Origin: Octopus sinensis
Lineage: Eukaryota
Assembly: GCF_006345805.1 (NCBI RefSeq)
Contig: NC_042998.1
Coordinates: forward strand, 104,346,001 to 104,410,000
Reading direction: 5' to 3'
DNA length: 64,000 nt
Every line of letters begins with the position of its first letter. Within the stretch, counting starts at the first letter, position 1. This document shows positions 1 to 13,198 of this stretch, piece after piece. The notes beneath the pieces are model-generated. The model saw only the letters and a list, made by a program, of their open reading frames with translations. It did not search any database and had not been told where the DNA came from. A program made the position numbers and the translations under genes.

Positions 1-1613
1 ATATATATGTACATATAAGTATAAATATACATATACATACCTACATAACATATGTATGTATATATGCGATGTGTTTGTGTATGTTTGTGTATGTGTGTGT
101 GTGTGACCACATCAGGACAAGATTACGTAAAAAATATTTACATCCTAATAGTTTTTGCGAATATTAAGAGTACTCGCTGAGTGAGCTCGCGTTCGCACAG
201 AGCGCAAGGACAGTCTAAGACATGCTTATTCTACAGTCATTGTGTGGTCCACAATTGAGGTGATTCCACAGAGTAACTGTCGGTTCTGAATGGTCTTTGA
301 CTCTTCCATGTTTCTTTATCTCTTTTCAGTTTTTGTCTTACATAATAAAGAAGGCGTCCAACCACCACACTCTCAGCCAAACATGCGTGATGGATTACTA
401 GTTCAGTTGCCGAAAAACCCGATCATTATCAACTACAGTGTGCACCACAACATCCACGTGATTACATCTTGTATTACATACATACATCTATACATACATA
501 CGTACGTACATACGTGTATGTGTGTGTGTTTGTGTGTTGTGCTTGAAGTGCATATATTCATATATCTGAGTGAGATATGGATTTGTGTATCTCCAGAACT
601 GTATATGAACACGCGCGAACGATGATACTCATAGATAAATTTAAATTACAACAATCTGCTACATTTTGTATCCTTATCAAATCTCATTATATTTATCAAT
701 ATTTTTGTGTATTAGGTATACATTTATCTATGTGCGTTTATGTGTGCATGGAATTTACTCTATAAGATAATGTACAGTGGATATATTTATACAAAATTAC
801 ATGTATGTATATATCCATGTCTGTATGTATCTATGCATCTATGTACATATTCAATTTCCTGTGCGTAAATGCATATATTAATGCGAAAACATTCTATATC
901 TGAATTAGGTTTACTGTATATAAATATACATACGTATATACATCTATATTATTCGTAGAGAAATGTAAACAAGGATATGTGTGTGTATGCTTTTTCCTTA
1001 TGTGTGTGTGTGTGTGTGTAAATAAATTATATACATATGATTTTTAATATGATCCATCCTTTTCTAGTAAAAAAACTCTGTCTTTTGCGTTAACATCTTT
1101 CTCTACAGGTGTCCGCCTTTAGTTAGTGTGTGTGTATATGACAGGATGTAGGTATGTGTTGTGCTTTGGCGATGCAGATTAATAATATCAATAATATTTA
1201 CGTGATAACAGTGTACTCCTAGCGGCGGGTTACCTGTCCTGTCGTATAAGCCCGATGAAGGGTGAAATTTGGAACCTAATGTATCATGATTAACATACTG
1301 CATACTGGTGCAGATCGACTCCAGCACTCGACTGATATTTTATTTATCCCGCGAAGATGAAAGGGAAGACTACAAGACAAAGGGATTTGAGCTGAAAGCT
1401 TAAACCCGGAACAATTATCAAAAGCGTTTTGCCTAGGTGCAGGAATAGGTGTATGGTAAGAAGCTTGCTTCCCAACCACATGGTTCCAGGTTTAATCCCA
1501 CTGTGTGGTGCCTTGGGTAGATAACTTCTACTATAGCCTCGGGTCTTCTAAAGCCCAGCGAGCGGATTTGTTTGACGGAAACTGAAAGAAGCCTGTCGCG
1601 TGACCGCGTGTGC

Positions 1614-1806
1614 ATCGTTGGCGATTTTTTGCTCCGTCTTCCCTTTTTTGGATCTTTCCTTTTTCTATGTTTCTGACGAAGAGCTCCGCTCGAAACGTTA
1701 AATCCTCCTTATTTCTTTCCTTTCCTGAACATCCAATAACACTATACTTGTTCCACGTCCTCGCGTTGTTGTGTTTTCTCTTTGTGTTTTCATGTTTGGA
1801 TTAACT
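1614..1806 (+). mobile_element. Short Penelope-type non-autonomous element containing a minimal type I hammerhead ribozyme motif
   Basis: CTGACGA (1673-1679), extra A, stem GAGC-TCC-GCTC, then GAAA-CGTT. Its 3' half recurs inverted at 23052-23143, and related copies lie at 24250-24437 and 49394-49554. It ends in a (CA)n/(TA)n microsatellite. Confidence 0.7.
1669..1703 (+). ncRNA. Candidate minimal hammerhead ribozyme (type I, palindromic ACGU helix III)
   Basis: The catalytic core CUGANGA and GAAA is intact. Helix II is 4 bp (GAGC/GCUC), the cleavage triplet is GUU, and helix I is short (GUUU/AAAU). Activity is not demonstrated. Confidence 0.55.
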
Positions 1807-1817
1807 ATACACACACA

Positions 1818-1914
<97 letters not shown>

Positions 1915-2269
1915 CGAGAGATAAATTGATAGATAGAGAGATAAATAGATATGTGTGTGTATGTGTGTGTGTGTATGTGTGTGTGTGTGTGTGTGTGTAT
2001 GTGTGTGTGTGCATATGTGAGTCACCACCGCTTGACAACTAATGTTGGCGTTTATAAGTCCCGTAGCATTATCTGTTTGGCGAAGAGACAGATAGAATAA
2101 GTACCAGGCTTATCAATGTAATGGAGTCGATCTATTCGATTTAAAAATACTCCAAGGCGGTGCCCCAACCCGGTCGCAATCTAAAGACTGTAGCAAGTAG
2201 AAGAACACACACACACACACACATAACCGTGAGTGTACTTGCGTTCAGATTGTGTGTATTTATACACTA

Positions 2270-2780
2270 CCATAAATCCTCAAGTATAGTCCAGCCTTGA
2301 GTATAATACGCAGGGGATTTTTAGGGGGCTGTACCTCTGAAAGACCTAAACCTTGTGTATAATACGCACCCCCTGCTCTAACTTGAGTCAAGGAGGTCTA
2401 TATAACGTTCTTGGTTTGTAAAAATGTATATGATATCGTCCTTTATTATTATTGTATATATAACATAATGCAAACGTGTAGCTTTATTGTGCATTTTGTT
2501 TGCAAGAAATAAAGAAATAACAGTAATAACGTTTAATAAATGTTGCTTACTGCAAGTTATGGATGACTCTTTTAAGACTTCATTGCTTTCAAGTTTAGCT
2601 TAAGGTATTTTCGCGCCCGACATCACAAAATGCGTCTGAATAAATATTGCTGGACAGCAAATAGAGACTCGGACATTGCTAGAAAATATTTTTCATTTTT
2701 AACCTCGTATATAGCACGCACTAGGGATTTTGACCTTTAAATTTTGGTTAAAAATGCGGATTATACTCGAGGATTTACGG
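2270..2780. mobile_element. MITE of the Tc1/mariner superfamily (Tc2/pogo-like TIR), 511 bp
   Basis: Left end TA|CCATAAATCCTCAAGTATAGTCC; right end GGATTATACTCGAGGATTTACGG|TA, whose reverse complement is CCGTAAATCCTCGAGTATAATCC (20/23 match). TA target duplication on both sides; no ORF. Confidence 0.85.
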
Positions 2781-3137
2781 TAATTCTAAAGGAGTCAGTG
2801 GCATTGCCTACCATATCGATTCCTACACACTACTACTTCTCACGTTATCAATCACCGGAGAATGAAGGGTAAAGTCAACCTCGGCGTACTTCGAATTCCA
2901 GGAAAAAATGAAATGTCACTATACAGTGAAGTATGCAATACATGAATGAAGGAATTAATGAATGAATGAATTTCAAGGTGTGTAAAATAACGAATGGCAC
3001 ATAAATGCGTTGAGAATGTATGTAGATGAATCCTCAATTTGCACGTATACACACCTGTGTGTGAGAATGCTGTAATGCATATATATTTGCGTGTGAATAT
3101 ATTATATGTACGTGTGAGTGTGTATGCCTCTCCCGCT

Positions 3138-3180
<43 letters not shown>

Positions 3181-3747
3181 CGTGTGTTGGTGTGTGTTTG
3201 TGAGTGTGTGTGTAAGAACGGATGCGATGTGTGTGACATGAAATTTCCTCTGTGAACACTGAGTTGATTATATAGCAATGGCGACATTTCCTCTGATACG
3301 AATTAACCATTTTCCATTAGTGTAAGGAGCCAATTTTGTACAACGACGGCCAAAACTCACAATCTCATTTTGGCGGAAGAACTTTATTTTACTGGAACCA
3401 CGCCAGCAGACAGCAGTACTGTGAGGTAGTAACGTTCTTGCCAAGACATGGTTACTAGCTAAGTAGTAGTAGTAGTAGTAGTAGTAGTTTTTTGTTAGAG
3501 ATTTATTTTGTTCATTTAATTATTTATTGTTCCTCTAATATTTTTTCTTCCACTATTTTTCCTCCAATCATTTGCGTTCGTCTGTGTTTATATGCGTATA
3601 TGTTTGTGGATGTGTACGCGCATCAGACACACACAAACACACACACACACACACACACACACCACACACACACACACAGAACACCCGAGTGCGCGCACAG
3701 ATCTCTCTTATTAGGACAATAGCAACGCTGCTGCTGCTGCTACTACT

Positions 3748-3829
<82 letters not shown>

Positions 3830-4865
3830 TTACTACTACTACTTTTACGATTGTTGTATATGTACTATGCGCGTTTGAGTTCGTATATGTGTGAGTGAGT
3901 GTATATGTATGTATGTGTGCATATGTAAAATTCTTACTTTTTAACAGCCACTACTTGAACGCAACCTATATATAAAAACGAAAACATGAGACCAAACAGC
4001 AATAAAACAATATTTGCAAACTGTTGCAGTCTTATTCAATATTTATCTTCAAAGACAATTACGCGCACGCGCACACACACAAATGCACACTTCGCGCACG
4101 TGCACTTACACACTCACACATACACACGCACGCACACATATACACACTGAGCTGAATGGGTACCAGTGTTTGCTCTCAATACTATATAAGCACCTAAATT
4201 AATTAGGGAAATTATGGTTCGTGATTTCAAATCATAATAGCTTGCGACTGAGGGTTGATGTGCCATCCCAACACACACATAGATACATTAGTGAATTTTT
4301 GTGAATATTTTTGTTCAAAGCCTGTGAACTGTTAGACTATATCTAAAGTACTTGATTAGTGGAACGCTCTAATGTTAGTGTTTATGTATGTCAAGGAAGT
4401 ACTTTGTGTCGATGGGGTGGAAAATGTTGGTGAAGTATTGACATATTTAGCCATTAGATAAAGAATTATTAGTTTTGAAATGTCTTAGTGTTTTGAACGT
4501 ATTGTGTTTGCTGAGAGAGACTAATTTCGTTTCGTTTCGGTATTTGATTCCTAAATTTGAGAAGGTGGTAGAAATTAATGGTACAAAGTTTGTAGTATGT
4601 GTTACTTCCTTTGTATGGTTGTACATGTGACAATATTTTCCAGTTAATATTAAATACCACGAAACCATCTTATGGGTGTATGCCGCAACAAATTTGCTTA
4701 TATCCTCTCCTTTTAATCGGTTTTAAAGACGAGTCATGTGCTCTTATATGCTTCAACTAATGGGCAGAGCTTCATTCACTCCACACACCGGCAAAGTTTT
4801 AAGCTAACTGTTCTTTTATGTGCGTATAGAAGCCTCATCTAATTTTTAGCAAGATAGTACTATGA

Positions 4866-5190
4866 TGGCTCAGAGATTAGAGCGACGGGCTCACAATCAT
4901 GAGGTAGTGAGATCGATTCCCAGACCGGGCTGCGTGTTGCGTTCTTGAACACACTTTATTCACTTTGCTGCAGTTCACTCAGCTGTAGTAATGAGTTACG
5001 ACGTCACTGGTACCAAGCTGTTTCGGCCTTTGCCTTTCCCTTGGATAACATCTGTGGCATGGAGAAGGGAAACTAGTATGCATGGGCGACTGCTGGTCTT
5101 CCATAAACAACCTTGCTCTGACTTGTGCCTCGGAGGGCAACCTTCTAGGCGAAATCCCATAGTCATTCATGACCAAAGGGGGTCTTTATG
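4866..5190 (+). mobile_element. tRNA-headed SINE with CORE/MIR-like central block
   Basis: Head TGGCTCAGAGATTAGAGCG...GATCGATTCCCAGACCGGG, followed by GTTCTTGAACACACTTTATTCACTTTGCTGCAGTTCACTCAGCTGTAG, which resembles the CORE domain (recalled, not aligned). Confidence 0.65.
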
Positions 5191-5904
5191 CGTTACTTTA
5201 CTCATTACTCGATTCATCGAGTTAGAAGGCGTACACTTTTTCCATATATTTTTGTCCAAGAGTTGACCTGTTTCTCTCAGATAACTACGCTTGCAAATAA
5301 TCTATGAAAAATTTTCCAACGTTACTGGAGTTTTTAAATGTGCAAATATTTATTTTTGCACATAATATGCAAGTGAAAGTGTTATTTAATATTTTTTTAA
5401 TATATATTTTATTATATGAGTGTATTTTCAGTGAATGTATATATGTTGTTACGAACTTTGTGTGCGCCACTTGCGTCTCTCATTTCAGTGGATGCTATGT
5501 TTACAAGTATTATTTTAAACTGCGAAACAGTATAAACAGAACTGCATTGTCATTTTGACCTCCAGGGAAACACGTGACACCTCACTCTCCAGTGTAATGA
5601 CTCCATGCAACACAGAAATAAATAATCAATAGAAATGGAAATATGATACATTTCGAGACACTTTCGAGCTATTAAAAGCACTTCTATCACATTTAAATTT
5701 AATAATAACAAGCAATGTATTCTGATTTGTATATAAGGCCAATAAATTTGAGGGTCAGGGTTTTGTCCATACACCTATTCCCAGCTCAGTTTTGGTACAT
5801 TATTTTATCGACGCTGAAAGAAATTCTGCTCGAAGAAATACCACAAAGCATATTATCAATCGGATGCTCATAACGATTCTACCAATAATAGCAATGACAG
5901 AATG

Positions 5905-6012
5905 AAAGGCAAGGTAGACCTCGAATGAATTTGAACACAGAACGTAAGGACGGACGAAATATATCTAAGCATTTCGTCCGGCGTGGTAATGATTCTGCCT
6001 GCTCGCCACATA
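5905..6012 (-). mobile_element. SINE family A, partial
   Basis: Reverse complement of the 52027-52230 copy (GAAAGGCAAGGTAGACCTCG...GAATTTGAACACAGAACGTAA...CTAAGCATTTCGTCCGGCGTG). Followed by (CTA)n(AAT)n. Confidence 0.8.
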
Positions 6013-6093
6013 ACTACTACTACTACTACTACTACTAACTACTACTACTACTACTACTACTAATAATAATAATAAATAATAATAATAATAATA

Positions 6094-6135
<42 letters not shown>

Positions 6136-6169
6136 TATAATAATAACAATGATAATAATAATAATAGAG

Positions 6170-6315
6170 ATTAGGGTCTTGAAGTAGAGAATGATAGAGA
6201 AGCAGTGTCTTGAAAGAACATTGAAGTGGTACGAGCATAAGGTAGAATGTGTCACCAATGATAATAAGCACCTATTGGGGATTTTACAATCCAGTGTGAT
6301 TCAATTATTGATACT
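6170..6315 (+). mobile_element. Fragment of RLE-type (R4/Dong-like) non-LTR retrotransposon
   Basis: Translates with one frameshift to KWYEHKVECVTNDNKHLL(W)DFTIQCDSIID, matching the WYEH.PE.V.EN..K.LWDF.IQ.D motif upstream of the RLE PD motif. It begins directly after an (AAT)n tract. Confidence 0.7.
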
Positions 6316-6330
6316 CAATTATTGATACTC

Positions 6331-8010
6331 ATTACAAGCTCGGAGGTTTGGACTAGCCCGTTGGTTCTTGTCGACGTACACGGACTCCCCGAGAACGTCG
6401 TCGCTCTGCTCACCACTAAACTTCTATAGAACGTCAAAGTGAGGTTCCAATATCTGCATTGCTCGTCTGGCAGAAGAGTGAGAGCGCTTGATAACACTCT
6501 GTGCCTGGCGCCTTGATACGCTTTATCCAGGACTGTGGCTAGAAACGTGACCCTGTAAAATGGTGTGTCCAAACCTGATCACCATCAAGGAAACACTGGA
6601 AATATCGCAACCTCAGCGCACGTGTGCGTGTCATCAACCACAATATACTTGCTCAGTCCTCCATTCAGCGGTTCTAACCACAAATGGAATGCCTAATCAG
6701 TGGAGCGCGCCCATTCCACAGAAAGTAGAAGAGTGAGCACTCGAATCTGGTCAGACGTGAATTGAGGAAGGCGGAGCTATAGGAAAGAGATGATATATGC
6801 GTTCGCAACCTCTGCTCGACCTTTCAGGGATAATTGTCTTTCGGCCCATTTATGGGTGAGATTAGCTACTCTGCTCGTCACCGCATCTCATATCTCCTCC
6901 TCTTCGAAATTTGGACCAAAGCATACTCCAAGCACTTTAACCGGTCCGTCAGTACGTCCGTCCAGTGTTGCAGGCCTACTGACTTTTCTTAATTGAATTC
7001 TGTTCCTGTCGCCGATTAGTATTAGTAGTGCTGAGAAGATCTGTGTCCAACACTATTACTGTGACATAGTCCGCGTATACTGACACGATTCTCCCACGTA
7101 CAAGTTTATGAGCGTTGACCCTTAACATTTAAAGTTTCCGCAGTAATAACTCAAGAATCTGCACATACAGAAGAGACAGGGAGAAAAATTGACAAACCGA
7201 GCGCAGACTACTGAATGGTTCTGATAGGTGGCCATTCAACCGAACCACCGAGCAGATGTCGGTGTGCATTGCAACAATACAAATGTGGAATAGGGGACCG
7301 AATCTAGCCGCTAAGTATTAGCAGTCGATACCATTGAAAGCCTATCTAAATTGCTCAGGACCGCACCCATACCAGGTTCTTTACCTACACCGTCTATGAG
7401 GATTTTGTAGATAAACCTGCTCGAAATGGCGCATATTTGTACATCACTAATCAGATCATGAACGGCCTTGGCCAACATTTTGAAATCTGCGTTTAACACA
7501 GTTTTGGACATAGAGTTTTTAATGTTATTTCCCTTGTTTAAGCCCTTTATTAGCAGTGCCTCCGCTGAATCTCACCACGGGCACCTCGGTAGCGATGTCT
7601 TTCCTAAACGTCAATTCTAAGTTTCTAACAAAATCTCATTCTATTTCAGTTTTCTCCAAAACTACATTCTTACTAATCCTAACCCATTTTACTCTAAGCA
7701 TCCTTTTCAGGACAAATTACTATTTGCTGTTCATCATTGCTTCTCTGAATGCCTACTTATCTAATCCAGTCTCTGTAAGTTTGGCACACTGAAAACGACG
7801 CGTTCAGCTTTCTGTAGCCGGGTCTCGGCCTATCTAGGTTGACCGAAGAAATTCTAGATTTGTGGTCTGTGTAGCGAACGGTTAGAAATCATAGGCAACC
7901 TATGCTAACCTTACTTACTGGCCTACAAAATAGTCTATCTTGGTACGATCTAGATGTCCCGATTAGGTCTTTCCATGTCCACATTGGCACATTCACGAAA
8001 TCCGTGCGTT
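6331..8010 (-). mobile_element. Degenerate L1/Tx1-clade LINE (endonuclease C-terminus, RT, post-RT)
   Basis: Minus-strand peptides in the expected order: PMWTW...SRSYQDRLF (APE C-terminus, about 7900-8000), LNADFKMLAK...GVGKEPGMGAVLSNLD (7311-7511), SVVRLNGHLSEPF..RSVCQ (RQG region), VSVYADYVTVIV (YADD) and LFYFLWNGRAPLIRHSIC. Multiple stops, frameshifts and deletions. Confidence 0.85.
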
Positions 8011-9197
8011 CTTGCTATTGCTACGGTTTTATTGCTGCTGCTGCTGTTGCTGCAACAGTTGTTATTGTTGTTACTGATATAGCTACTGGTTATCTTAATT
8101 ATGCCTTATGAATTGTGTAGGAGGGGTTGAAAGCGAAAGAAGGTTCCGTCTTCGAAAGCTTGTCCCACGTTCCTCTTCTTGGATCGGCCACGAGGATGAG
8201 ACCTTTTTGAAATTGTCTTTTTTTTATATATCTTTCTCTGGAAAAAATCCCTCCTTTAAATTTTGCCCCGTTGTATGTGTAGCAATAGCAATTAATCAGC
8301 CCCTTATAGTTCTGGACAACTAAGAAATAAGATAAAGCATTTATAATCAACGGTAAAACAACTTCTAGTAAGGAAAACAAAGTACAAACTCTCGGAACTT
8401 CCTAAACAAGTCCCGCTTCGGCGCTAAACAACGACAGAAGCAGCAGCAGCAACGATGGCGATAACAACAACAACAACAACAATCATAATAATAATTTTAA
8501 TGATGACTTTTTTGATCATATGCACGAGTCCAAGCATTTTGGATATAAGAGTTTAACGGATTAAATAAAGAGGATAGTTTCACTGGCATACATAATGATA
8601 ATAATGGTTAAAGCTAATCCAATCGTTTATTCTGCTATGAAAGAGAACTCTTTCAGCTGAAGCTTCCTAATTTCAATGATTGTTAAATGATTCCTCAAAA
8701 ACAGCACATTACAAGGAGATTATGTAAAACTATCAGTAAAATACGTTTAACAACAAAACGAGTCTCTTTCAAGGTTGTAATTTGCGAGTAACTATTAATA
8801 CATTTGTTTTCCAATTTAACATAGTAAAACACCCTCTATTCGCATTGAAAATATACATTTTAACTTTGTCCATTTAATGTGTTATGTTCATGGTATGTTG
8901 TATTGATTTTCACATATACAGATGCCAGAAATATTCAGAACACACTCACGCATTCGGAGAGCATAAATATGCATAAATATATGTTTGTGTGTGTGTGAGT
9001 GTGTGTGAGTGTATAAACATACATACGCATTGAGAGAGAGGGGGGAGAAAGGGAGAGAGAGAGAGAGAGATGGGAAGAAAATAGACAGATAGACAGACAG
9101 ACAGGGAAAAAGAGGAACGAGAACATGTGGAAAAGATTGTGAGAGAGAACTTAGTTGGCAATAGATAAATCGATGGATAGACAAATAGATAGATATG

Positions 9198-9398
9198 GGC
9201 ACAAGGCGTGAAATTTTAATTAAGAGCTCTAGTCGATTACATTAAACTCGAGACTCAACTGATATTTATTTTATAGACTCCGAAAGGAAGAAAGGCAAAG
9301 CCCACTTCGGCAGGATTTTACCTTGGAACTTGAAGCCGGAGGAAATGCAGTTAAGCGTTTTGTCCAGTGTGCTAACGATTCTGCCAGCTCGCCGCCAG
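9198..9398 (-). mobile_element. SINE family A
   Basis: Contains CCGAAAGGAAGAAAGGCAAAG...GTGCTAACGATTCTGCCAGCTCGCCGCC, the reverse complement of the head and core of 52027-52230. Confidence 0.8.
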
Positions 9399-10536
9399 AT
9401 ATATTGTAAATTAAAATATGAATTATCAGAACGGCAGCGAGTCGAGGAATTACATTCCTCATCCCCTTACGTATACACAAGTAGATATGTGTCATGCCTA
9501 TAGATTTATACTGGCGCTGGCAGTTTCTCAATTTCGCGTCGCAATCATATACTTCCTGGTTCAACTGCATTACGCAGAGCTTGGGCAAATATTTTTTCTC
9601 ATAGTTTCTAATTGAACAACGCCTTTTAAATAAAATGTAGATGGAAACAGCAGGGAAGTCTGTCGTAGATGTTACATTTGTGTATTTATGTACGAATATG
9701 TGTTGTGATTGTGTGTATGATTGTGAGTGTGCGTATGTGTGTGTGGGGGGGGGGTGAGTCTGTGTTAACGCAGGCAGTGGTACAAAATCAGTGTTGTCTA
9801 TATTGCGTATCATAACAATACATCTACACACACACACACACAAAGACACACACACATACACACAAACACACACACTCGTGCACATATATAAAACGTATCT
9901 ATAAAACAAATGGATTATATTTTAGTAGAGTATATGTTTATTAACTTTTACAAGGAAGAGTTTGATAGCTACCCCTAAGTTTCAACTTTCTCGTTTTTAT
10001 CAGTTATGTATAACCTGCTGTATCTAGTTGGGGGACAAGGGTCCATGGTGTATTCTTGTCTTCGTAGACCGGTGAGACTCATTCTGTTAATGTTCCTTAT
10101 GAACCGTGTATGTATGTATGTATGTGCGTGTGTATGCGTCGCAGGATTTAATTATCAACGGTCTATATGCCAATGTGCGTTTTTAACAATGTAACTAATA
10201 TACATATACATTAATCATTATGGTGACCTCATGCAAGATTCTAAAATTCAACTGCTTATTATTATTATTATTATTATTATTCTTCTTCTTATTATTATTA
10301 TTATTATTAATTGATTAATTAATTAATTAATCAATTAATATATAAAGGATTGAGGTAACTCCTTCAGAAGATATATAGTCAAAATGAAAAGAGTGTCATT
10401 GTCATGAAATAGATTGACAAAATTATTTTTTGAACCTGTTGAACACACACAAGATGTCGAAGTATCGTTCACCTGATAGCAATTGCACTCTTCGTTTAAT
10501 TTTGACTCTATTATTATTATTATATTATTATTATTA

Positions 10537-10577
<41 letters not shown>

Positions 10578-11083
10578 GTTGTTGTTGTTGCTGATGTTAT
10601 TTTTGTAGCTGTTGATGTTGTTATTCGCATGATGTTTTAGAAAGATTTATTAGACCAGAGCACATTCTTTTTGCAAAAGAAAGAGAATGAAAACCCATCA
10701 TTGCGCGTCAGTGTGGCTAGAAAAGTCCCTCAATAGAATTATTTATCTGTGAACGGGAGTCCTGATTAGAATGATTGCAACGGAGTGGGCATCAGTGAAT
10801 ATACTTATGAGCAACATCATGGTGTTAGACAGAACAACAGTTTGGCTCTACAATCAACGTAAAATGCCGAGAATTTTTAAGAAAGGGTTCTTAGATTTGA
10901 TTCAATAAGGTCGTGTGGTCGACGGATAAAATGTCGGTAATATTTTCCGTTAGTTTGTTACTTACTGACAGTCAACATTGGAGGCAACCTTTCATTAAAC
11001 TTAATACTTATCTACGTAACAAGAAGTTTGTTAATGGAATCGAACATATTAAACTGGATGAAACAAAAAATTATTCTGATGAC

Positions 11084-11140
<57 letters not shown>

Positions 11141-11205
11141 TATTAATAATAATAATAATGATGATGATGATGATGATGATGATAATCCTTTCCACTCATA
11201 ATAAT

Positions 11206-11392
11206 CCTTTCTACTATAGGCACAAGGCGTGAAATTTGGGGGATGAGGGAACTAGTTCATTACATCGACCCAGTACTCAACAGGTACTTAATTTATCAAC
11301 TCCGAAAGGATGAAAAGCAAAGTCGATCGCGGCAGAATTTGAACTCAGAACGTAAAGACGGACGAAATGTTGCTAAGCATTTTGTTCGGCGT
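11206..11392 (-). mobile_element. SINE family A, near full length, embedded in (AAT)n/(GAT)n
   Basis: CCTTTCTACTATAGGCACAAGGC...CCGAAAGGATGAAAAGCAAAGTCGA...GAATTTGAACTCAGAACGTAAAG; the B-box-like GAGTTCAAATTC lies on the minus strand. Confidence 0.85.
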
Positions 11393-11409
11393 AATAATAA
11401 TAATAATAA

Positions 11410-11453
<44 letters not shown>

Positions 11454-11668
11454 TAGTAATAATAATAATCAAGAGAAATTCAATATACAATATCTCAAAA
11501 TTTTGCTTCAATAAATATTTGGGCAAAAAACAGACTCATTGCATATTCATATAGAGAGATACATCAATATATAAATGCGTCCACACTCATGCACAGATGC
11601 GCGCACACATACACACACACACACACATGTATATAATTATGTGTGTGTATCAATCTATCTATCTATCT

Positions 11669-11709
<41 letters not shown>

Positions 11710-11713
11710 ATAT

Positions 11714-11745
<32 letters not shown>

Positions 11746-11833
11746 ATATATATATATTATATTTATCAGTATATGAATATATCATACGTGCATAAATACA
11801 TATATACATATATATGAATATATATATGTATGC

Positions 11834-11875
<42 letters not shown>

Positions 11876-13055
11876 CATACATATATACATATATATATTC
11901 TTATATATGTATATATGTATTATGCACGTATGTATGTATATATTCATATACTGATAAATACTTTTATAATTCTCTCCTAAGACACTGATTCCCCAGTATT
12001 GTATTGAGAACATCCATAGAAAATAAACACACATAGTAAAGCTATCCCTTGATAATATTACTTCAAAGTCCTTAAATTGAGACTTGTTATCTCCATCTAT
12101 AATTTTTTTTTAAACTCCATAGAATTATGGAAGAGAACAAAATATTTTCTCGAGCAAGAAAGCAAAGAACAAGGAAGAAGGAAATTCGTTGTTCTGAAGA
12201 ATTTACCATACAAGGAAGAGTGAGTGTGAGAGGAAGCGGGAGAAATGTGGGAGAGAATGGAAGGTGGAGCATAATCTATCTTATCCTCATGACTACACGC
12301 AAATGGAACAGAAATTACTTTCTTCTAAGTATTTCAATGTGTGTTAAAAAAGTGAATGTATAGCCATTTGATGAACACATCTTGCTTGACATCGAGCGTA
12401 TTTTTATGGCCGTTTTGCAAGATAACAGTTTGTTACAAAATTGGTTATGTGTAAAGAAATCAGCCATCACTAACGATGCAAGAAGACGTAGAAAGAAAGT
12501 GAGATAGAGATAGATGGATAGAGATAGAGAGGGAGAGAGAAAAAGAGAGAGTGCGGTAGATAGATAGAAAGATAGAAAAGTGAAAGAGAAGAGGGATAAA
12601 TGACACAAAGGAAAGAATAATTGCGAGAGAGAAAGATTAATGTTAATATATATATATATATATATATGATATATATTATAATATATATATATATATCTGT
12701 ACGTGTGCGCTTGTAGTTATGTATGTACTTATGTAGATGTGTGTTTATCTATATGTGTATATGCATATATATTATATATATACGTGGTGCAAGAATGCAT
12801 ATGTATGTATGTGTGGTGTATGTATGAATATATATATATATACATATGCAATCATATATTATATATATATACGTATGTATATATGAACACAATTTTATAT
12901 GCATTATGCATATATACACACATGCATATGTATATGCATATATTTATATATATATATATATAATATATATATATGTGTATATGGATATATGTATGCATAT
13001 GTTAACATACATACACGTACACATATATCCATACTCATATTCATGTACAAAAATT

Positions 13056-13093
<38 letters not shown>

Positions 13094-13149
13094 AGTGTGT
13101 ATATGTATGTATGCATGCATGCATGTATGTATGTTTCTATGTATATAAT

Positions 13150-13198
<49 letters not shown>

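Larger units (their letters stand above)
1439..2205 (+). mobile_element. tRNA-headed SINE family B, split copy (head 1439-1598, tail 2024-2205) with an insertion and microsatellite between
   Basis: The head has A/B-box-like motifs and the block ...CTTGGG(C/T)A..TCTTCTACTATAGCCTCGGG...GACGGAAACTGAAAGAAGCC. The tail has CGCTTGACAAC...GAGACCGATAGAATAAGTAC...GGCGGTGC(C/T)CCAGCATGGCCGCAG. Both align by eye with the contiguous copy at 41885-42283. Confidence 0.85.

Noticed and set aside
1251-1270. CCGATGAAGGGTGAAA hammerhead-like string
   Set aside because: The core is mutated, no helix II can form and there is no helix III palindrome; at best a deleted remnant.
3422-3461. TGAGGTAGTA matching the first 10 nt of let-7, with a small hairpin
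   Set aside because: The remaining sequence diverges from let-7, the hairpin is only about 40 nt with a 3-nt loop, and TGAGGTAGT also occurs in a SINE head at about 4904, so chance is likely.
10966-11053. Minus-strand exon-like segment with good acceptor and GTAAGT donor
   Set aside because: Stops in all three frames; it shows that splice-like pairs arise by chance here. It could only be a non-coding exon.
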